NCBI RefSeq assembly: GCF_000961795.1
Contig: NZ_LADU01000108.1
Span: forward strand, 1,425-65,424
Source: Hyphomonas sp. BRH_c22
GTDB lineage: Bacteria > Pseudomonadota > Alphaproteobacteria > Caulobacterales > Hyphomonadaceae
DNA length: 64,000 nucleotides
Direction of reading: 5' to 3'
Shown in pieces: positions 49,261-59,574 of this stretch (positions are counted from its first letter, which is position 1; each line of letters opens with the position of its first letter). The notes below the pieces were generated by a model that ran no database searches, was not told the DNA's origin, and saw only the letters and a list, made by a program, of their open reading frames with translations. The position numbers and the translations under genes are program-made.

Positions 49261-50229
49261 ATGACGCCAGACCTTCAACACGTCGAGACCAACGGTATCC
49301 GGCTGCGCGTGGCGACGGCGGGCGACGGCCCGCTGGTCATTCTCGTGCACGGCTTTCCCGAAAGCTGGTATTCCTGGCGTCACCAGATCAAGGCGCTGTC
49401 GGAGGCCGGCTACCGTGTCGCGGCGCCGGACGTGCGCGGTTATGGCGGCTCGGACCGGCCCCATCCGGTCGAGGCCTATGACATGGAAAGCCTGACCGGC
49501 GACATTGCCGGTCTCGCCCATGCCCTGTCGCCCGGCGAGAAGGCCGTCGTGGTCGGCCATGACTGGGGCTCGCCCATCGCCTGGAATACGGCCCGGCTCC
49601 ATGCCGACACGTTACGCGCCGTGGCCGGCCTGTCGGTGCCCTATATTCCGCCGAACGAGGTTGTGTTCATCGATGCCGTGCGGGCCTTCTTCACTGCGCG
49701 CGGCCTGTTCTTTTACCAGGTCTATTTCCAGGATGAGGGCCCGCCCGAGGCCGAGCTGGAAAGCGATCCGGCAGCAACCATCCGCAAATTCTACTATGCG
49801 ATTTCAGGCGACGCGCCGGAGGGCACCTGGCCGACCGACAAGAAGCATGGCGATACGCTGCTGCACCGCCTGCCGGAGCCGCCGATGCCGCTGCCCTGGC
49901 TGTCAGCTGAGGATGTTGCCTATTATGACGCCCAGTTCCGCCAGTCGGGCTTTCGCGGGCCGCTCAACCGCTATCGCAACTGGCACCGCGACCATGCCTT
50001 TCTCACCACTCATCCGGCGCCCATGACCATTGCCCAGCCTTCACTCTATATTGGCGGCACGAAAGACCTTGTGCTGAAGATGTCACCCGGTGACATGCTG
50101 GCCGCGATGAAGGAAAACCTGTCTGACCTGCGCGGCGCGACCCTGCTGGAAGGCTGCGGCCACTGGACCCAGCAGGAGCGCCCGGATGAGGTCAACGCCC
50201 TGCTGCTCGACTGGCTCGGCGGTCTCTAG
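49261..50229 (+). CDS. Alpha/beta-fold epoxide hydrolase (EphA-like)
   Basis: HGFPE.WYSWRHQ, RGYG, GHDWG, YRN, GHWTQQE. Confidence 0.9.
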   Translation: MTPDLQHVETNGIRLRVATAGDGPLVILVHGFPESWYSWRHQIKALSEAGYRVAAPDVRGYGGSDRPHPVEAYDMESLTGDIAGLAHALSPGEKAVVVGHDWGSPIAWNTARLHADTLRAVAGLSVPYIPPNEVVFIDAVRAFFTARGLFFYQVYFQDEGPPEAELESDPAATIRKFYYAISGDAPEGTWPTDKKHGDTLLHRLPEPPMPLPWLSAEDVAYYDAQFRQSGFRGPLNRYRNWHRDHAFLTTHPAPMTIAQPSLYIGGTKDLVLKMSPGDMLAAMKENLSDLRGATLLEGCGHWTQQERPDEVNALLLDWLGGL

Positions 50230-50257
50230 TCCCCTGCACAATCTGAAAGGCTCACGC

Positions 50258-50701
50258 ATGTCGATCTGGCGGCAAACGAATATCGACCTCGACCAAATCA
50301 CTGCGGCCCAGCAGGGCACGATGGGCGGCGTCCTCGGCATCTCGCTGGTCAGTATTGGAGAAGATACACTGACGGCCCGTATGCCGGTCGATGCCCGCAC
50401 CCTCCAGCCGCATGGACGCCTGCATGGCGGCGCCTCCGTCGCGCTGGCCGAGACAGTCGGCTCGATCGCGGCCAACCTTGCCCTCGATTCGAATGAGAGC
50501 GTCGGCGTCGGCCTCGAGATCAACGCCAATCATGTCCGGCCGGTAAAGGACGGGTATGTCTATGCGACAGCGAAAGCCGAGGCGCTGGGCCGCACGACCC
50601 AGGTCTGGACCATCCGGATCACCGATGAGGCCGACCGCCTCGTCTGCCTGTGCCGGTTTACCGTCGCCGTCATCCCGGCCCAGCGGGCCCGGCCAAGCTA
50701 G
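50258..50701 (+). CDS. PaaI/MenI-like hotdog thioesterase
   Basis: QPHGRLHGGAS.ALAET, GLEINANH, GRTTQVW. Confidence 0.9.
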   Translation: MSIWRQTNIDLDQITAAQQGTMGGVLGISLVSIGEDTLTARMPVDARTLQPHGRLHGGASVALAETVGSIAANLALDSNESVGVGLEINANHVRPVKDGYVYATAKAEALGRTTQVWTIRITDEADRLVCLCRFTVAVIPAQRARPS

Positions 50702-50711
50702 CCCGGCCTAC

Positions 50712-51959
50712 CTACCAGAGGCCGTGCTTCTGCACCTCTGCGCGCCCGACAACCATGTGGTGGACTTCATCCGGGCCGTCAGCATAGCGGAGATGGCGCA
50801 TGTCGGCATACATGCCGGCCAGCGGAAACCATTGCGACATGCCCGCGGCGCCGTGCATCTGCATCGCCTGGTCTATGATCAGGCACACTTTCTCAGGCAC
50901 CATGGCCTTAACTGCGCTGACATAGATGCGGGCTTCCTTGTTGCCGAGCACGTCCATCGCCTTGGCGGCCTGCAGGACGGCCAGGCGCATCGCATTGATC
51001 TCGATCCGTGCGCGCGAGATGACTTCGAGATTCTTGCCGAGCTTTGCGATCTTCTGGCCGAAGGCGGTGCGCGTTCCGGCTCGCTTGACCATCATTTCCA
51101 GAGCCAGTTCGGCCTTGCCGATGGAGCGCATGCAGTGATGGATGCGGCCCGGGCCAAGGCGGACCTGCGAAATCTCGAAGCCGCGCCCTTCACCCAGCAG
51201 GATATTGTCCTTGGGTACGCGCACATCGGTGAATTTCAGGTGCATGTGCCCGATGGGCGCGTGGTCTTCGCCCATGACTTCCATGGCGCCAAGGATCTTC
51301 ACGCCGGGCGTGTCCATCGGCACCAGGATCTGTGACTGCTGCTTGCTGACCGGGGCATCCGGGCTGGTCTTGACCATCACGATCATGATCTTGCAGCGCG
51401 GGTTGCCGGCGCCGGAAATATAGAATTTCTCGCCATTGATGACCCATTCATCCCCTTCGAGGACTGCTGTCGTGCTGATATTCTTGGCATCGGAGGAGGC
51501 GACGTTCGGCTCTGTCATGGCATAGGCCGACCGGATTTCACCGGCGAGCAGCGGCTTCAGCCATTGCTCCTTTTGCGCCGGCGTGCCGACCCGTTCCAGC
51601 ACTTCCATATTGCCGGTGTCGGGCGCGTTGCAGTTCATCGTCTCGGAACCGTAGGGATGCTTGCCCAGCTCGGCGGCAATATAGGCATAGTCGAGGTTTG
51701 ACAGGCCTTCGCCCGTTTCGGCATCCGGCAGGAAGAAGTTCCAGAGGCCCGCTTCCTTCGCCTTGGTCTTGGCCGCTTCCATCAGCTCAAGCTGGCGCGG
51801 GTGCCACGTCCAGCGATCCTCCTTCTCGGCATTCAGCGCCTCGAACTCGTCGCGCCACGGGGCGACGTTCTCTTCGAGGTGCTTGATCACACGGGCGAGA
51901 AGCGGCTTGGCCTTTTCCGACATGCTGAGTTCGAAGAGTTCACTGTTGAGGTCCGTCAT
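50712..51959 (-). CDS. Acyl-CoA dehydrogenase (ACAD10/11-like)
   Basis: NCNAPDTGNME, MTEP.VASSDA, RLGPGRIHHCMR, ADGPDEVH. Confidence 0.93.
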   Translation of the reverse strand: MTDLNSELFELSMSEKAKPLLARVIKHLEENVAPWRDEFEALNAEKEDRWTWHPRQLELMEAAKTKAKEAGLWNFFLPDAETGEGLSNLDYAYIAAELGKHPYGSETMNCNAPDTGNMEVLERVGTPAQKEQWLKPLLAGEIRSAYAMTEPNVASSDAKNISTTAVLEGDEWVINGEKFYISGAGNPRCKIMIVMVKTSPDAPVSKQQSQILVPMDTPGVKILGAMEVMGEDHAPIGHMHLKFTDVRVPKDNILLGEGRGFEISQVRLGPGRIHHCMRSIGKAELALEMMVKRAGTRTAFGQKIAKLGKNLEVISRARIEINAMRLAVLQAAKAMDVLGNKEARIYVSAVKAMVPEKVCLIIDQAMQMHGAAGMSQWFPLAGMYADMRHLRYADGPDEVHHMVVGRAEVQKHGLW

Positions 51960-52094
51960 GCGCTTCCATCCTGCTTTTTCTCGATTTCACTGGCCTCACC
52001 ATGCGGGCTTTTGCGGAGGCATGCAATCTTGTTGGCCGTGGCTCGAGGTCTCCCGCGGCGGCCTGAAAACCTGAAGCGGGAGATCGCCGCACGC

Positions 52095-53588
52095 CTATTC
52101 GCTGGTGTCTTCCAGGTGGCGGCTGCGTTCGAGGTCGCCGAAGCGGGTGATGTTGGCATCGAAGGCGAGGTCGACCTTGCCGATGGGGCCGTGGCGCTGC
52201 TTGCCGATAATGACTTCCGCAATGCCGTAGATCTGGTCCATGCGGGCGCGCCACTGGGTCCATTTCTCGTTTGAGGACGGATCATTCGGGTCAGCGCCGG
52301 GCTCGGACCGCGCGAGATAGTATTCCTCCCGGTAAACGAACATGACGACATCGGCGTCCTGCTCGATCGACCCGGATTCGCGCAGGTCAGACAGTTGCGG
52401 GCGTTTGTCGTCGCGCTGTTCGACGGCACGGCTAAGCTGGGACAGGGCGAGGATGGGAACGTTGAGATCCTTGGCCAGCGCCTTGAGCGCTGTGGTGATC
52501 TGGGTGACTTCCTGCACACGGTTGGCATTCGAGTTGCCATTGGTGACCGTAATCAGCTGCAGGTAGTCGATGACGATCAGGTCGAGGCCGACCGAACGCT
52601 GCAGGCGGCGGGCACGGGCCGCGAGCTGGCTGATCGAGATGCCCCCGGTATCGTCGATATAGAGCGGCAGGTTCTGCAATTCTTCCGTCGCCTCGCGCAG
52701 GCGCTCGAAGTCGGACTTGTCGAGATCGCCCTGCCGGATGCGGTGCGTGGTAATGCCCGTGCGCTCGGCGAGGATACGCGTCGCGAGCTGTTCGTTCGAC
52801 ATTTCGAGCGAGAAGAAGCCGACAACGGCGCCTTCGATGGTCTTCTTCGAACCATCGTCCTGCACCTCGGCCCGGTAGGCCGCGGCGGCATTGTAGGCAA
52901 TATTGGTGGCGAGCGAGGTTTTACCCATCGACGGACGGCCGGCGAGGATAAGAAGGTCGGAGCGGTGAAAGCCGCCAAGCTTTTCGTCGAGGTCGCGCAG
53001 CATGGTCGGAATGCCGGCAATCTTGCCTTCGCGCTTGAACGCGGCCTCGGCCATTTTCAGGGATTCGGTCAGCGCCTCGGAAAAGCTGGTAAAGCCCCGG
53101 CCCGTGGCGCCGCGTTCGGCAAGGTCAAACAGCTGGCGTTCGGCCAGTTCGATCTGGCGTTCGCCGCTCTCGTCCGGGCCGGGCGTCAGGGCGCGGCCCT
53201 TAAGTTCGCTGCCAATGTCGACCAGCGCACGGCGCATCGCTAGGTCGCGGATCATGTGGGCATAGTCGGACACTTCCGGACCGAACGCTGCGCTGTCGAG
53301 CAATTGCTCCAGATAGCGGGCGCCGCCGATCTCGGTCAGCTTTTCCGCCTTCTCGAAATGCTCGCGCAGGGTCACGCCGTCGGCGACGCGGCCTTGCTGG
53401 ATCATCGTCGCGGCAACGTCGTACAGCTCCTGGTGCGCGGGGGCGTAGAAGTCCGACGGGCGCAGGATATCTGCGATGCGCTGGTAGGCATTATTGTCGA
53501 ACAGGATGGCGCCCAGCACGGCGGCCTCGGCCGACAGGTTGTTCGGGGCGATGATGTTCGGTGCGGGGGAATGATCGTCGAGAGGCAT
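52095..53588 (-). CDS. dnaB: Replicative DNA helicase
   Basis: AGRPSMGKT, FSLEMS, DYLQL, LSQLSR, DLRESGSIEQDAD, KQRHGP. No intein. Confidence 0.98.
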   Translation of the reverse strand: MPLDDHSPAPNIIAPNNLSAEAAVLGAILFDNNAYQRIADILRPSDFYAPAHQELYDVAATMIQQGRVADGVTLREHFEKAEKLTEIGGARYLEQLLDSAAFGPEVSDYAHMIRDLAMRRALVDIGSELKGRALTPGPDESGERQIELAERQLFDLAERGATGRGFTSFSEALTESLKMAEAAFKREGKIAGIPTMLRDLDEKLGGFHRSDLLILAGRPSMGKTSLATNIAYNAAAAYRAEVQDDGSKKTIEGAVVGFFSLEMSNEQLATRILAERTGITTHRIRQGDLDKSDFERLREATEELQNLPLYIDDTGGISISQLAARARRLQRSVGLDLIVIDYLQLITVTNGNSNANRVQEVTQITTALKALAKDLNVPILALSQLSRAVEQRDDKRPQLSDLRESGSIEQDADVVMFVYREEYYLARSEPGADPNDPSSNEKWTQWRARMDQIYGIAEVIIGKQRHGPIGKVDLAFDANITRFGDLERSRHLEDTSE

Positions 53589-53655
53589 TGGTTAATCCTA
53601 CTTCAAATGCTCCCCCGATGCGCCCCTCAACTGACAGCAGGCCGGATCGAGTCAC

Positions 53656-53689
53656 AAAAAAAGCCGCAGCTGTGGATAGCTGCGGCTTT
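53656..53689 (-). terminator. Intrinsic terminator after rplI, containing a DnaA-box-like 9-mer
   Basis: AAAGCCGCAGCT-GTGGAT-AGCTGCGGCTTT hairpin with an A7 run, which is a U tail on the minus strand. Confidence 0.85.
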
Positions 53690-53718
53690 CTGGTCTGGAA
53701 TGCCCTTGCGGGCAGGGC

Positions 53719-54309
53719 CTATTCGTCGTCGGAACCGCCGATCATGTCGGAGAGTTCAGCCGCAGCCTCTTTCATCTCGCTGGCCTGTTCGTCAGCAAAT
53801 GCGGCATTGGCTTCGTGCAGCGCGGCAACGATGTCCTCGCCCTTGGCCTGACGCTCGGCTTCTTCCGTCGAACGGGCCACGTTGGCCTGTACGGTGACGG
53901 TGACTTCCGCGTGGAGGCGAACGGCAACGTCATACAGACCGATCGACTTGATCGGCTTGTCGAGACGCACGCCGCTGACAGGGAACTTGGAGCCTGCAGC
54001 GAGCGCGGCTTCGGCGATGTCGCGTGCGGTGACCGAACCATAGAGCTGGCCGGTATCGCCAGCCTGGCGGATCAGCGTGAAGGACTGGCCTTCCAGCTTT
54101 TCAGCTTCGGTCTCGGCAGCGGCACGTGCCGATGCGTTGCGCTGTTCAATGACTTCACGCTCAGCTTCGAACCGCGCGCGGTTCTTGTCATTTGCGAGAA
54201 GGGCCTTGCCCTGCGGGATGAGGAAGTTGCGTGCGAAGCCGTTCTTCACGGAGACTTCGTCTCCGATCTTTCCAAGGCGTTCGACGCGTTCAAGAAGGAT
54301 CACTTGCAT
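53719..54309 (-). CDS. rplI: 50S ribosomal protein L9
   Basis: MQVILLE.V..LG, VKNGFARNFLIP, LYGSV. Confidence 0.98.
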   Translation of the reverse strand: MQVILLERVERLGKIGDEVSVKNGFARNFLIPQGKALLANDKNRARFEAEREVIEQRNASARAAAETEAEKLEGQSFTLIRQAGDTGQLYGSVTARDIAEAALAAGSKFPVSGVRLDKPIKSIGLYDVAVRLHAEVTVTVQANVARSTEEAERQAKGEDIVAALHEANAAFADEQASEMKEAAAELSDMIGGSDDE

Positions 54310-54320
54310 GTCGGTGTCTC

Positions 54321-54578
54321 CTACTTCACTTCAAACGGAAGCAGGGCCAGCATGCGGGCGCGTTTGATCGCCTGGGCAAGCTTGCGCTGGTTCTTGAGGT
54401 TGACGGCCGTGATGCGGCTGGGCACGATTTTCCCTTTTTCAGAGATATAGCGCTGCAGCAGTTTCACGTCCTTGTAATCGATATCCTGGGCGTGTTCACC
54501 GGTAAACGGGTCCACCTTGCGGCGGCGGCCGAATGGACGGCGGGCAGGAATGTTCGTGATGTTCAGTTTCTGAGCCAT
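54321..54578 (-). CDS. rpsR: 30S ribosomal protein S18
   Basis: IDYKD, SEKGKI.PSRIT, AIKRAR..ALLP. Confidence 0.98.
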   Translation of the reverse strand: MAQKLNITNIPARRPFGRRRKVDPFTGEHAQDIDYKDVKLLQRYISEKGKIVPSRITAVNLKNQRKLAQAIKRARMLALLPFEVK

Positions 54579-54592
54579 GTTTCCTGTCCTCT

Positions 54593-54931
54593 CTAGTCGC
54601 GACGGCGTTCTTTGCGCGACAGGACGGCCGAAAGCTCGTCACTGTGCGACTCGACGCGGATCGTCATGTAGCGCATCACATCGTCGGAAATGCGCAGGCG
54701 GCGTTCCAGTTCGTGGACCGCATTGGCCGGGCCGTCGATGTTGAGGAGCGAATAGTGCCCCTTGCGCTGTTTCTTGATCGGATAGGCAAGGTTGCGCAGG
54801 CCCCAGTACTCGGTACGGTCGACAGTTGCGCCTTTTTCCTTGAGGAAGCCGGTCAGTTCTTCGACAAAAGTGTCGACCTGTGCCGGCGAAATGTCAGGTC
54901 GCGTGATCACGACGTGCTCATATAGTGCCAT
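54593..54931 (-). CDS. rpsF: 30S ribosomal protein S6
   Basis: MALYE, EYWGLR.LAYPI.K. Confidence 0.98.
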   Translation of the reverse strand: MALYEHVVITRPDISPAQVDTFVEELTGFLKEKGATVDRTEYWGLRNLAYPIKKQRKGHYSLLNIDGPANAVHELERRLRISDDVMRYMTIRVESHSDELSAVLSRKERRRD

Positions 54932-55139
54932 GTTTTTATTCCCAAAAATGAGGCATGCGGCGCAAGACAGCGGGAAACTGACTGGCGATGGCCCCTCTTC
55001 GTCCGGCTCATTCCGGGCTAATGAGGACCGCATCCCTGCGAGTGAAGGCGCGTCTTAAGCCTATATTGGTGCGGATTTCAAGCGCTTGCACACATTGGCG
55101 AGCCCGATTAGGCACGACAAAAATCTGGAGGAAATCGCG

Positions 55140-56102
55140 ATGACAGGACTGGCGTTCATCTTTCCCGGCCAAGGCAGCCAGGAAATCGGCATGGGCAAGG
55201 CCCTCACCGACGCGTTTCCGGCCGCCAGGGCCGTGTTCGACGAAGTCGATGCGGCTCTCGATCAGAACCTCTCGAAACTGATGTGGGAGGGCGATCTTGC
55301 CGAACTGACGATGACGGCGAACACGCAGCCCGCCCTGATGGCTCACAGCGTTGCCGCGATGCGCGCGCTCGAAGCGGCGTTTGGTGTTTCCGCGTCTGAC
55401 GCATTGTTTGTGGCCGGGCATTCGCTGGGCGAGTATTCGGCGCTGGCATCGGCCGGGGCGATCAGCCTGGCCGACACGGCACGCCTGCTGCGCATCCGCG
55501 GCAACGCCATGCAGGGGGCGGTGGCTGCCGGTGAAGGCGCCATGGCGGCCCTGCTGGGCGCGGACCTTGCGCAGGCCGAAGCCGCCTGCGAGGCGGGTCG
55601 CGCGACAGGCGGGGTCTGTGAAATTGCCAATGACAACGCACCCGGCCAACTCGTTCTGTCCGGCTCAAAGGCTGCGATTGATGCGGCGTGCGAGCATGCC
55701 AGGGCAAATGGCGTGAAGAAGGCCATGGCGCTCAATGTATCTGCGCCTTTCCATTGCTCGCTGATGCAGCCTGCGGCCGACGCAATGGCCGCCGCGCTGG
55801 CGGATGTGACGATACATGCGCCGGTGGTTCCTGTTGTCGCCAATATTTCCGCCACGCCGACCTCTGATCCGGGCACGATCCGCCAGAACCTGGTCGATCA
55901 GGTGACAGGACGTGTGCGCTGGACCGAAAGCGTGCAGTTCATGGTGGCCAGGGGCGTCACGGCAACGGCGGAAGCCGGTGCAGGCAAGGTGCTGACGGTC
56001 ATGCAGCGCCGAATCGAAAAATCATTGAATGGCTTCACACTCGGAACACCCGAGGATCTCGAAGCCTTCGCAGCCTTTATCAAGGGAGAAGCCCATGTTT
56101 GA
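55140..56102 (+). CDS. fabD: Malonyl-CoA:ACP transacylase
   Basis: FPGQGSQ, GHSLGEY, SAPFH. Confidence 0.97.
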   Translation: MTGLAFIFPGQGSQEIGMGKALTDAFPAARAVFDEVDAALDQNLSKLMWEGDLAELTMTANTQPALMAHSVAAMRALEAAFGVSASDALFVAGHSLGEYSALASAGAISLADTARLLRIRGNAMQGAVAAGEGAMAALLGADLAQAEAACEAGRATGGVCEIANDNAPGQLVLSGSKAAIDAACEHARANGVKKAMALNVSAPFHCSLMQPAADAMAAALADVTIHAPVVPVVANISATPTSDPGTIRQNLVDQVTGRVRWTESVQFMVARGVTATAEAGAGKVLTVMQRRIEKSLNGFTLGTPEDLEAFAAFIKGEAHV

Positions 56103-56832
56103 TCTCACCGGCCGCACGGCCCTGGTTACCGGCGCATCGGGCGGCATAGGCCGCGCGATCGCCACAGCGCTCTCGGAGGCCGGTGCGAAGGTCGCGCTGT
56201 CCGGTACGCGCGAGAGCGTGCTGGAGGAGGTGGCTGCCACGCTGAAGGGCGAGAGCGCCATCGTGACCTGCAACCTGTCTGACGCGGAGGCCGTGGACGG
56301 CCTGGTGGGCCGGGCCGAGGCTGCCATCGGGCCGCTGGACATACTGGTTGCGAATGCGGGCATCACCCGGGACAAGCTGTTGATCCAGATGAAGGATGAG
56401 GACTGGAACGACGTGCTGCAGGTGAACCTCGGCAGTTATTTCCGCCTCACCAAGAGCGCGGTCCGGGGCATGATGAAGCGCCGCTACGGCCGCATCATCG
56501 GAATCACCTCGATCGTTGGCGTAACCGGCAATCCGGGCCAGACAAATTATTGCGCGTCCAAGGCCGGCATGATCGGTTTCACCAAATCCATCGCGCAGGA
56601 AGTCGCCAGCCGCGGCATTACCGCGAACACGATTGCACCCGGTTTCATCGAATCACCCATGACGGACGGGCTGCCCGAGGCACAGAAGGAAGCGCTTCTG
56701 GGAGGCATCCCGGCAGGCCGTCTGGGGCAGGGTGGAGACATCGCCGCAGCCGCAGTATACCTTGCATCCAGCGAAGCCTCCTACGTGACGGGGCAAACGC
56801 TGCATGTTAATGGCGGTATGGCAATGATCTGA
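56095..56832 (+). CDS. fabG: 3-oxoacyl-ACP reductase
   Basis: [38 protein letters not shown]. Confidence 0.97.
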   Translation: MFDLTGRTALVTGASGGIGRAIATALSEAGAKVALSGTRESVLEEVAATLKGESAIVTCNLSDAEAVDGLVGRAEAAIGPLDILVANAGITRDKLLIQMKDEDWNDVLQVNLGSYFRLTKSAVRGMMKRRYGRIIGITSIVGVTGNPGQTNYCASKAGMIGFTKSIAQEVASRGITANTIAPGFIESPMTDGLPEAQKEALLGGIPAGRLGQGGDIAAAAVYLASSEASYVTGQTLHVNGGMAMI

Positions 56833-56947
56833 TTTCGCTACAGTAACCATTGCGACTAGGGCTTGGCGCTTTCGTCAAGTGTGTGCTAGGCGCAACACAA
56901 TGGTTCAGAAATGGACCGGCTTTTCGGGCATATCTAGAGAGGTATTC

Positions 56948-57181
56948 ATGTCTGACGTTCTTGAGCGTGTGAAAAAAATCGTAGTCGACAATCTCGACGT
57001 GGACGCTGACAAAGTAGTCGAGAGCGCAAGCTTCATCGACGACCTCGGCGCAGACTCGCTGGACCTGGTCGAACTGGTCATGGCCTTCGAAGAAGAATTC
57101 AATATCGAAATCCCGGACGATGTGCAGGAATCGATCCGGTCCGTCGGTGACGCGGTGACCCACATCAAAGCTCACGTCTAA
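56948..57181 (+). CDS. acpP: Acyl carrier protein
   Basis: [18 protein letters not shown]. Confidence 0.98.
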   Translation: MSDVLERVKKIVVDNLDVDADKVVESASFIDDLGADSLDLVELVMAFEEEFNIEIPDDVQESIRSVGDAVTHIKAHV

Positions 57182-57197
57182 GACGGAGCTGTCCTGA

Positions 57198-58484
57198 ATG
57201 TCTGACCGCCGCGTTGTTATAACGGGTATCGGGATTGTCTCTCCGCTCGCTTTCGGGCGCGAGGCAACCTGGGAACGCCTGATTGCCGGAAAATCCGGAG
57301 CAGGACGCATTGACGTCTTCGATCCGGAGGACATGCCGTGCAAGATTGCGTTCCAGGTGCCATGGACCAACGGACGCGGCGGTGGCGCAGGCGACCCCCA
57401 TGCCTTTGATCCGGACAAGTTTGTCTCCCCCAAGGAGCTGCGCCGGATCGACGAATTCATCCTTTACGCCATTGCGGCCGCAGAAGAAGCCGTCGAGGAC
57501 GCCGACTGGCGCCCTGAAGACGATGAAAGCCGTGAACGCACGGGCGTGATGATCGGCTCAGGCATTGGCGGACTGGAATCCATCTACAATACGGCAGTCA
57601 CCCTGCACGAGCATGGCCCGCGCAAGGTCAGCCCCTTCTTCATCCCGTCGGCATTGATCAACCTTGCTTCCGGCCAGGTGTCGATCAAGCACGGGTTCAA
57701 GGGGCCGAACCATGCAGTCGTCACCGCCTGTGCGACCGGTGCGCACGCCATTGGCGACTCGGCGCGCCTGATCAAGTACGGCGATGCCGACGTGATGCTG
57801 GCCGGCGGTTCGGAAGCCGTGATCGGCCGCATTGCGATTGCCGGCTTCTGTGCGGCAAAGGCCATGTCGACGAATTTCAACGATACGCCCGAGAAGGCCT
57901 CGCGCCCGTATGACAAGGACCGTGACGGTTTTGTCATGGGTGACGGCGCGGCTGTGCTGGTGCTTGAAGAGTATGAGCACGCCAAGGCGCGCGGCGCGAA
58001 GATCTATGCCGAAGTGTCGGGCTATGGCCTGACGGGCGATGCCTATCACATCACGGCGCCTGCCGAGGGGGCCGAGGGCGGCTATCGCGCCATGAAGATG
58101 GCACTGAAGAATTCCGGCATCGACCCGACCGAGGTTGATTATATCAACGCGCACGGAACCTCGACGCCGAAGGGCGACGAAGGCGAAGCCGGCGCGGTCG
58201 AGCGGGCCTATGGCGACCATGCCAGGAACCTCTCCATGTCGTCGACCAAGTCGGCCGTCGGGCACCTGCTCGGTGCAGCCGGTGCCATCGAGACGGCGTT
58301 CTGCGCACTGGCGATCCGCGACCAGATCATGCCCCCGACGCTGAATCTCGATAATCCGAGTTTCGAGACCCCCATCGACCTGATCCCCCACAAGGCCAAG
58401 AAGGGCCGCGTGCGGGCTGCGATGTCGAACAGTTTCGGCTTTGGCGGCACGAATGCGTCACTCGTCATCCGGGAAGTGAAATAG
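57198..58484 (+). CDS. fabF: 3-oxoacyl-ACP synthase II
   Basis: RRVVITG, TACATG, NAHGTST, KS..GH.LG, NSFGFGGTN. Confidence 0.97.
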   Translation: MSDRRVVITGIGIVSPLAFGREATWERLIAGKSGAGRIDVFDPEDMPCKIAFQVPWTNGRGGGAGDPHAFDPDKFVSPKELRRIDEFILYAIAAAEEAVEDADWRPEDDESRERTGVMIGSGIGGLESIYNTAVTLHEHGPRKVSPFFIPSALINLASGQVSIKHGFKGPNHAVVTACATGAHAIGDSARLIKYGDADVMLAGGSEAVIGRIAIAGFCAAKAMSTNFNDTPEKASRPYDKDRDGFVMGDGAAVLVLEEYEHAKARGAKIYAEVSGYGLTGDAYHITAPAEGAEGGYRAMKMALKNSGIDPTEVDYINAHGTSTPKGDEGEAGAVERAYGDHARNLSMSSTKSAVGHLLGAAGAIETAFCALAIRDQIMPPTLNLDNPSFETPIDLIPHKAKKGRVRAAMSNSFGFGGTNASLVIREVK

Positions 58485-58548
58485 GCCACTATCGCCGGGC
58501 AGGGGCGGGCATGTAGGCTGGCATTGCCAGATTCGTGTGAGGCGTTCC

Positions 58549-59574
58549 ATGAAGTTCATCAAAGGCCTGTTATCGCTGATCATCGCGGTCGTGATCCTCG
58601 CAGGCGCCGTTGCCGGCGCCGGCTGGATATGGCTTGGCAATGAAGTGGCTAAGGATGGCCCGCTGCCGGCCGAAACGCTCTTCATTGTCGAGCCCGGCGA
58701 GGGCATGTCCACCGTTGCGGCGCGGCTTGAGAGCGAAGGCGTGATCCGTTCGGCCTGGGTGATGCGGCTGAAGGCCCGAATTGACGGCACCGAGACGGCG
58801 CTGAAATCAGGCGAGTTCACGCTGGAGCCGCAGGCGAGCCTGGGCAAGGTTCTCGACATCCTGGTCGAAGGCAAGGCGGTGATGCACAAGATCACGCTGC
58901 CCGAAGGCCGCACGACGGCCCAGTTGCTGCGCCTCATCGAGAATGATCCCGTACTCATCGGCCCGATGCCCGAACTGCCTGTCGCCGAGGGCAGCCTGCT
59001 GCCTGACACGTATCTCTTCCATCGCGGCATGACGCGGGCGAATCTGATCGCCCGGATGGCCAAGGCGCAGGATGATCTTCTCAAGGAGCTTTGGCCGAAA
59101 CGCCAGGAAGGCCTGCCTTTGGCCACTCCCTACGAGGCGGTGATCCTTGCATCTGTGGTGGAAAAGGAAACCGGGATCGCGGAAGAGCGGCCGGAAATTG
59201 CCGCCCTGTTCACGACCCGCATGAAGCGGGGCATGCGGCTGGAAAGCGACCCCACGATCATCTACGGCGTTTCGCAAGGCGAGCCGCTCTACAACAAGGC
59301 CGGCAAGCGCCGCACGCTCTATCGTTCGGAAATCGACCGCAAGACGGAATGGAACACGTACCAGATTGACGGCCTGCCCAAGACGCCGATCTGCAATCCG
59401 GGGCGGGATGCAATTGCCGCGGTGCTAAACCCGCCCGAAACAGAGTACATCTTCTTTGTGGCTGACGGCAAAGGGGGGCACCTCTTCGCCAAAACGCTGG
59501 CCGAGCACAACCGGAATGTGGCGGCTTACCGGAAATACGAGCGCGAAGAGATCGCGCGGGAGAGGGCTGAGTAA
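58549..59574 (+). CDS. mltG: Endolytic transglycosylase MltG
   Basis: TM anchor, EG.L.PDTY, ASVVEKET, LESDPT, NTY..GLP..PI.NPG. Confidence 0.95.
   Translation: MKFIKGLLSLIIAVVILAGAVAGAGWIWLGNEVAKDGPLPAETLFIVEPGEGMSTVAARLESEGVIRSAWVMRLKARIDGTETALKSGEFTLEPQASLGKVLDILVEGKAVMHKITLPEGRTTAQLLRLIENDPVLIGPMPELPVAEGSLLPDTYLFHRGMTRANLIARMAKAQDDLLKELWPKRQEGLPLATPYEAVILASVVEKETGIAEERPEIAALFTTRMKRGMRLESDPTIIYGVSQGEPLYNKAGKRRTLYRSEIDRKTEWNTYQIDGLPKTPICNPGRDAIAAVLNPPETEYIFFVADGKGGHLFAKTLAEHNRNVAAYRKYEREEIARERAE

Noticed and set aside
54932-55030. Possible S6:S18 autoregulatory leader upstream of rpsF
   Set aside because: Plausible by position, but I could not identify the conserved structure by eye. It needs an Infernal search.
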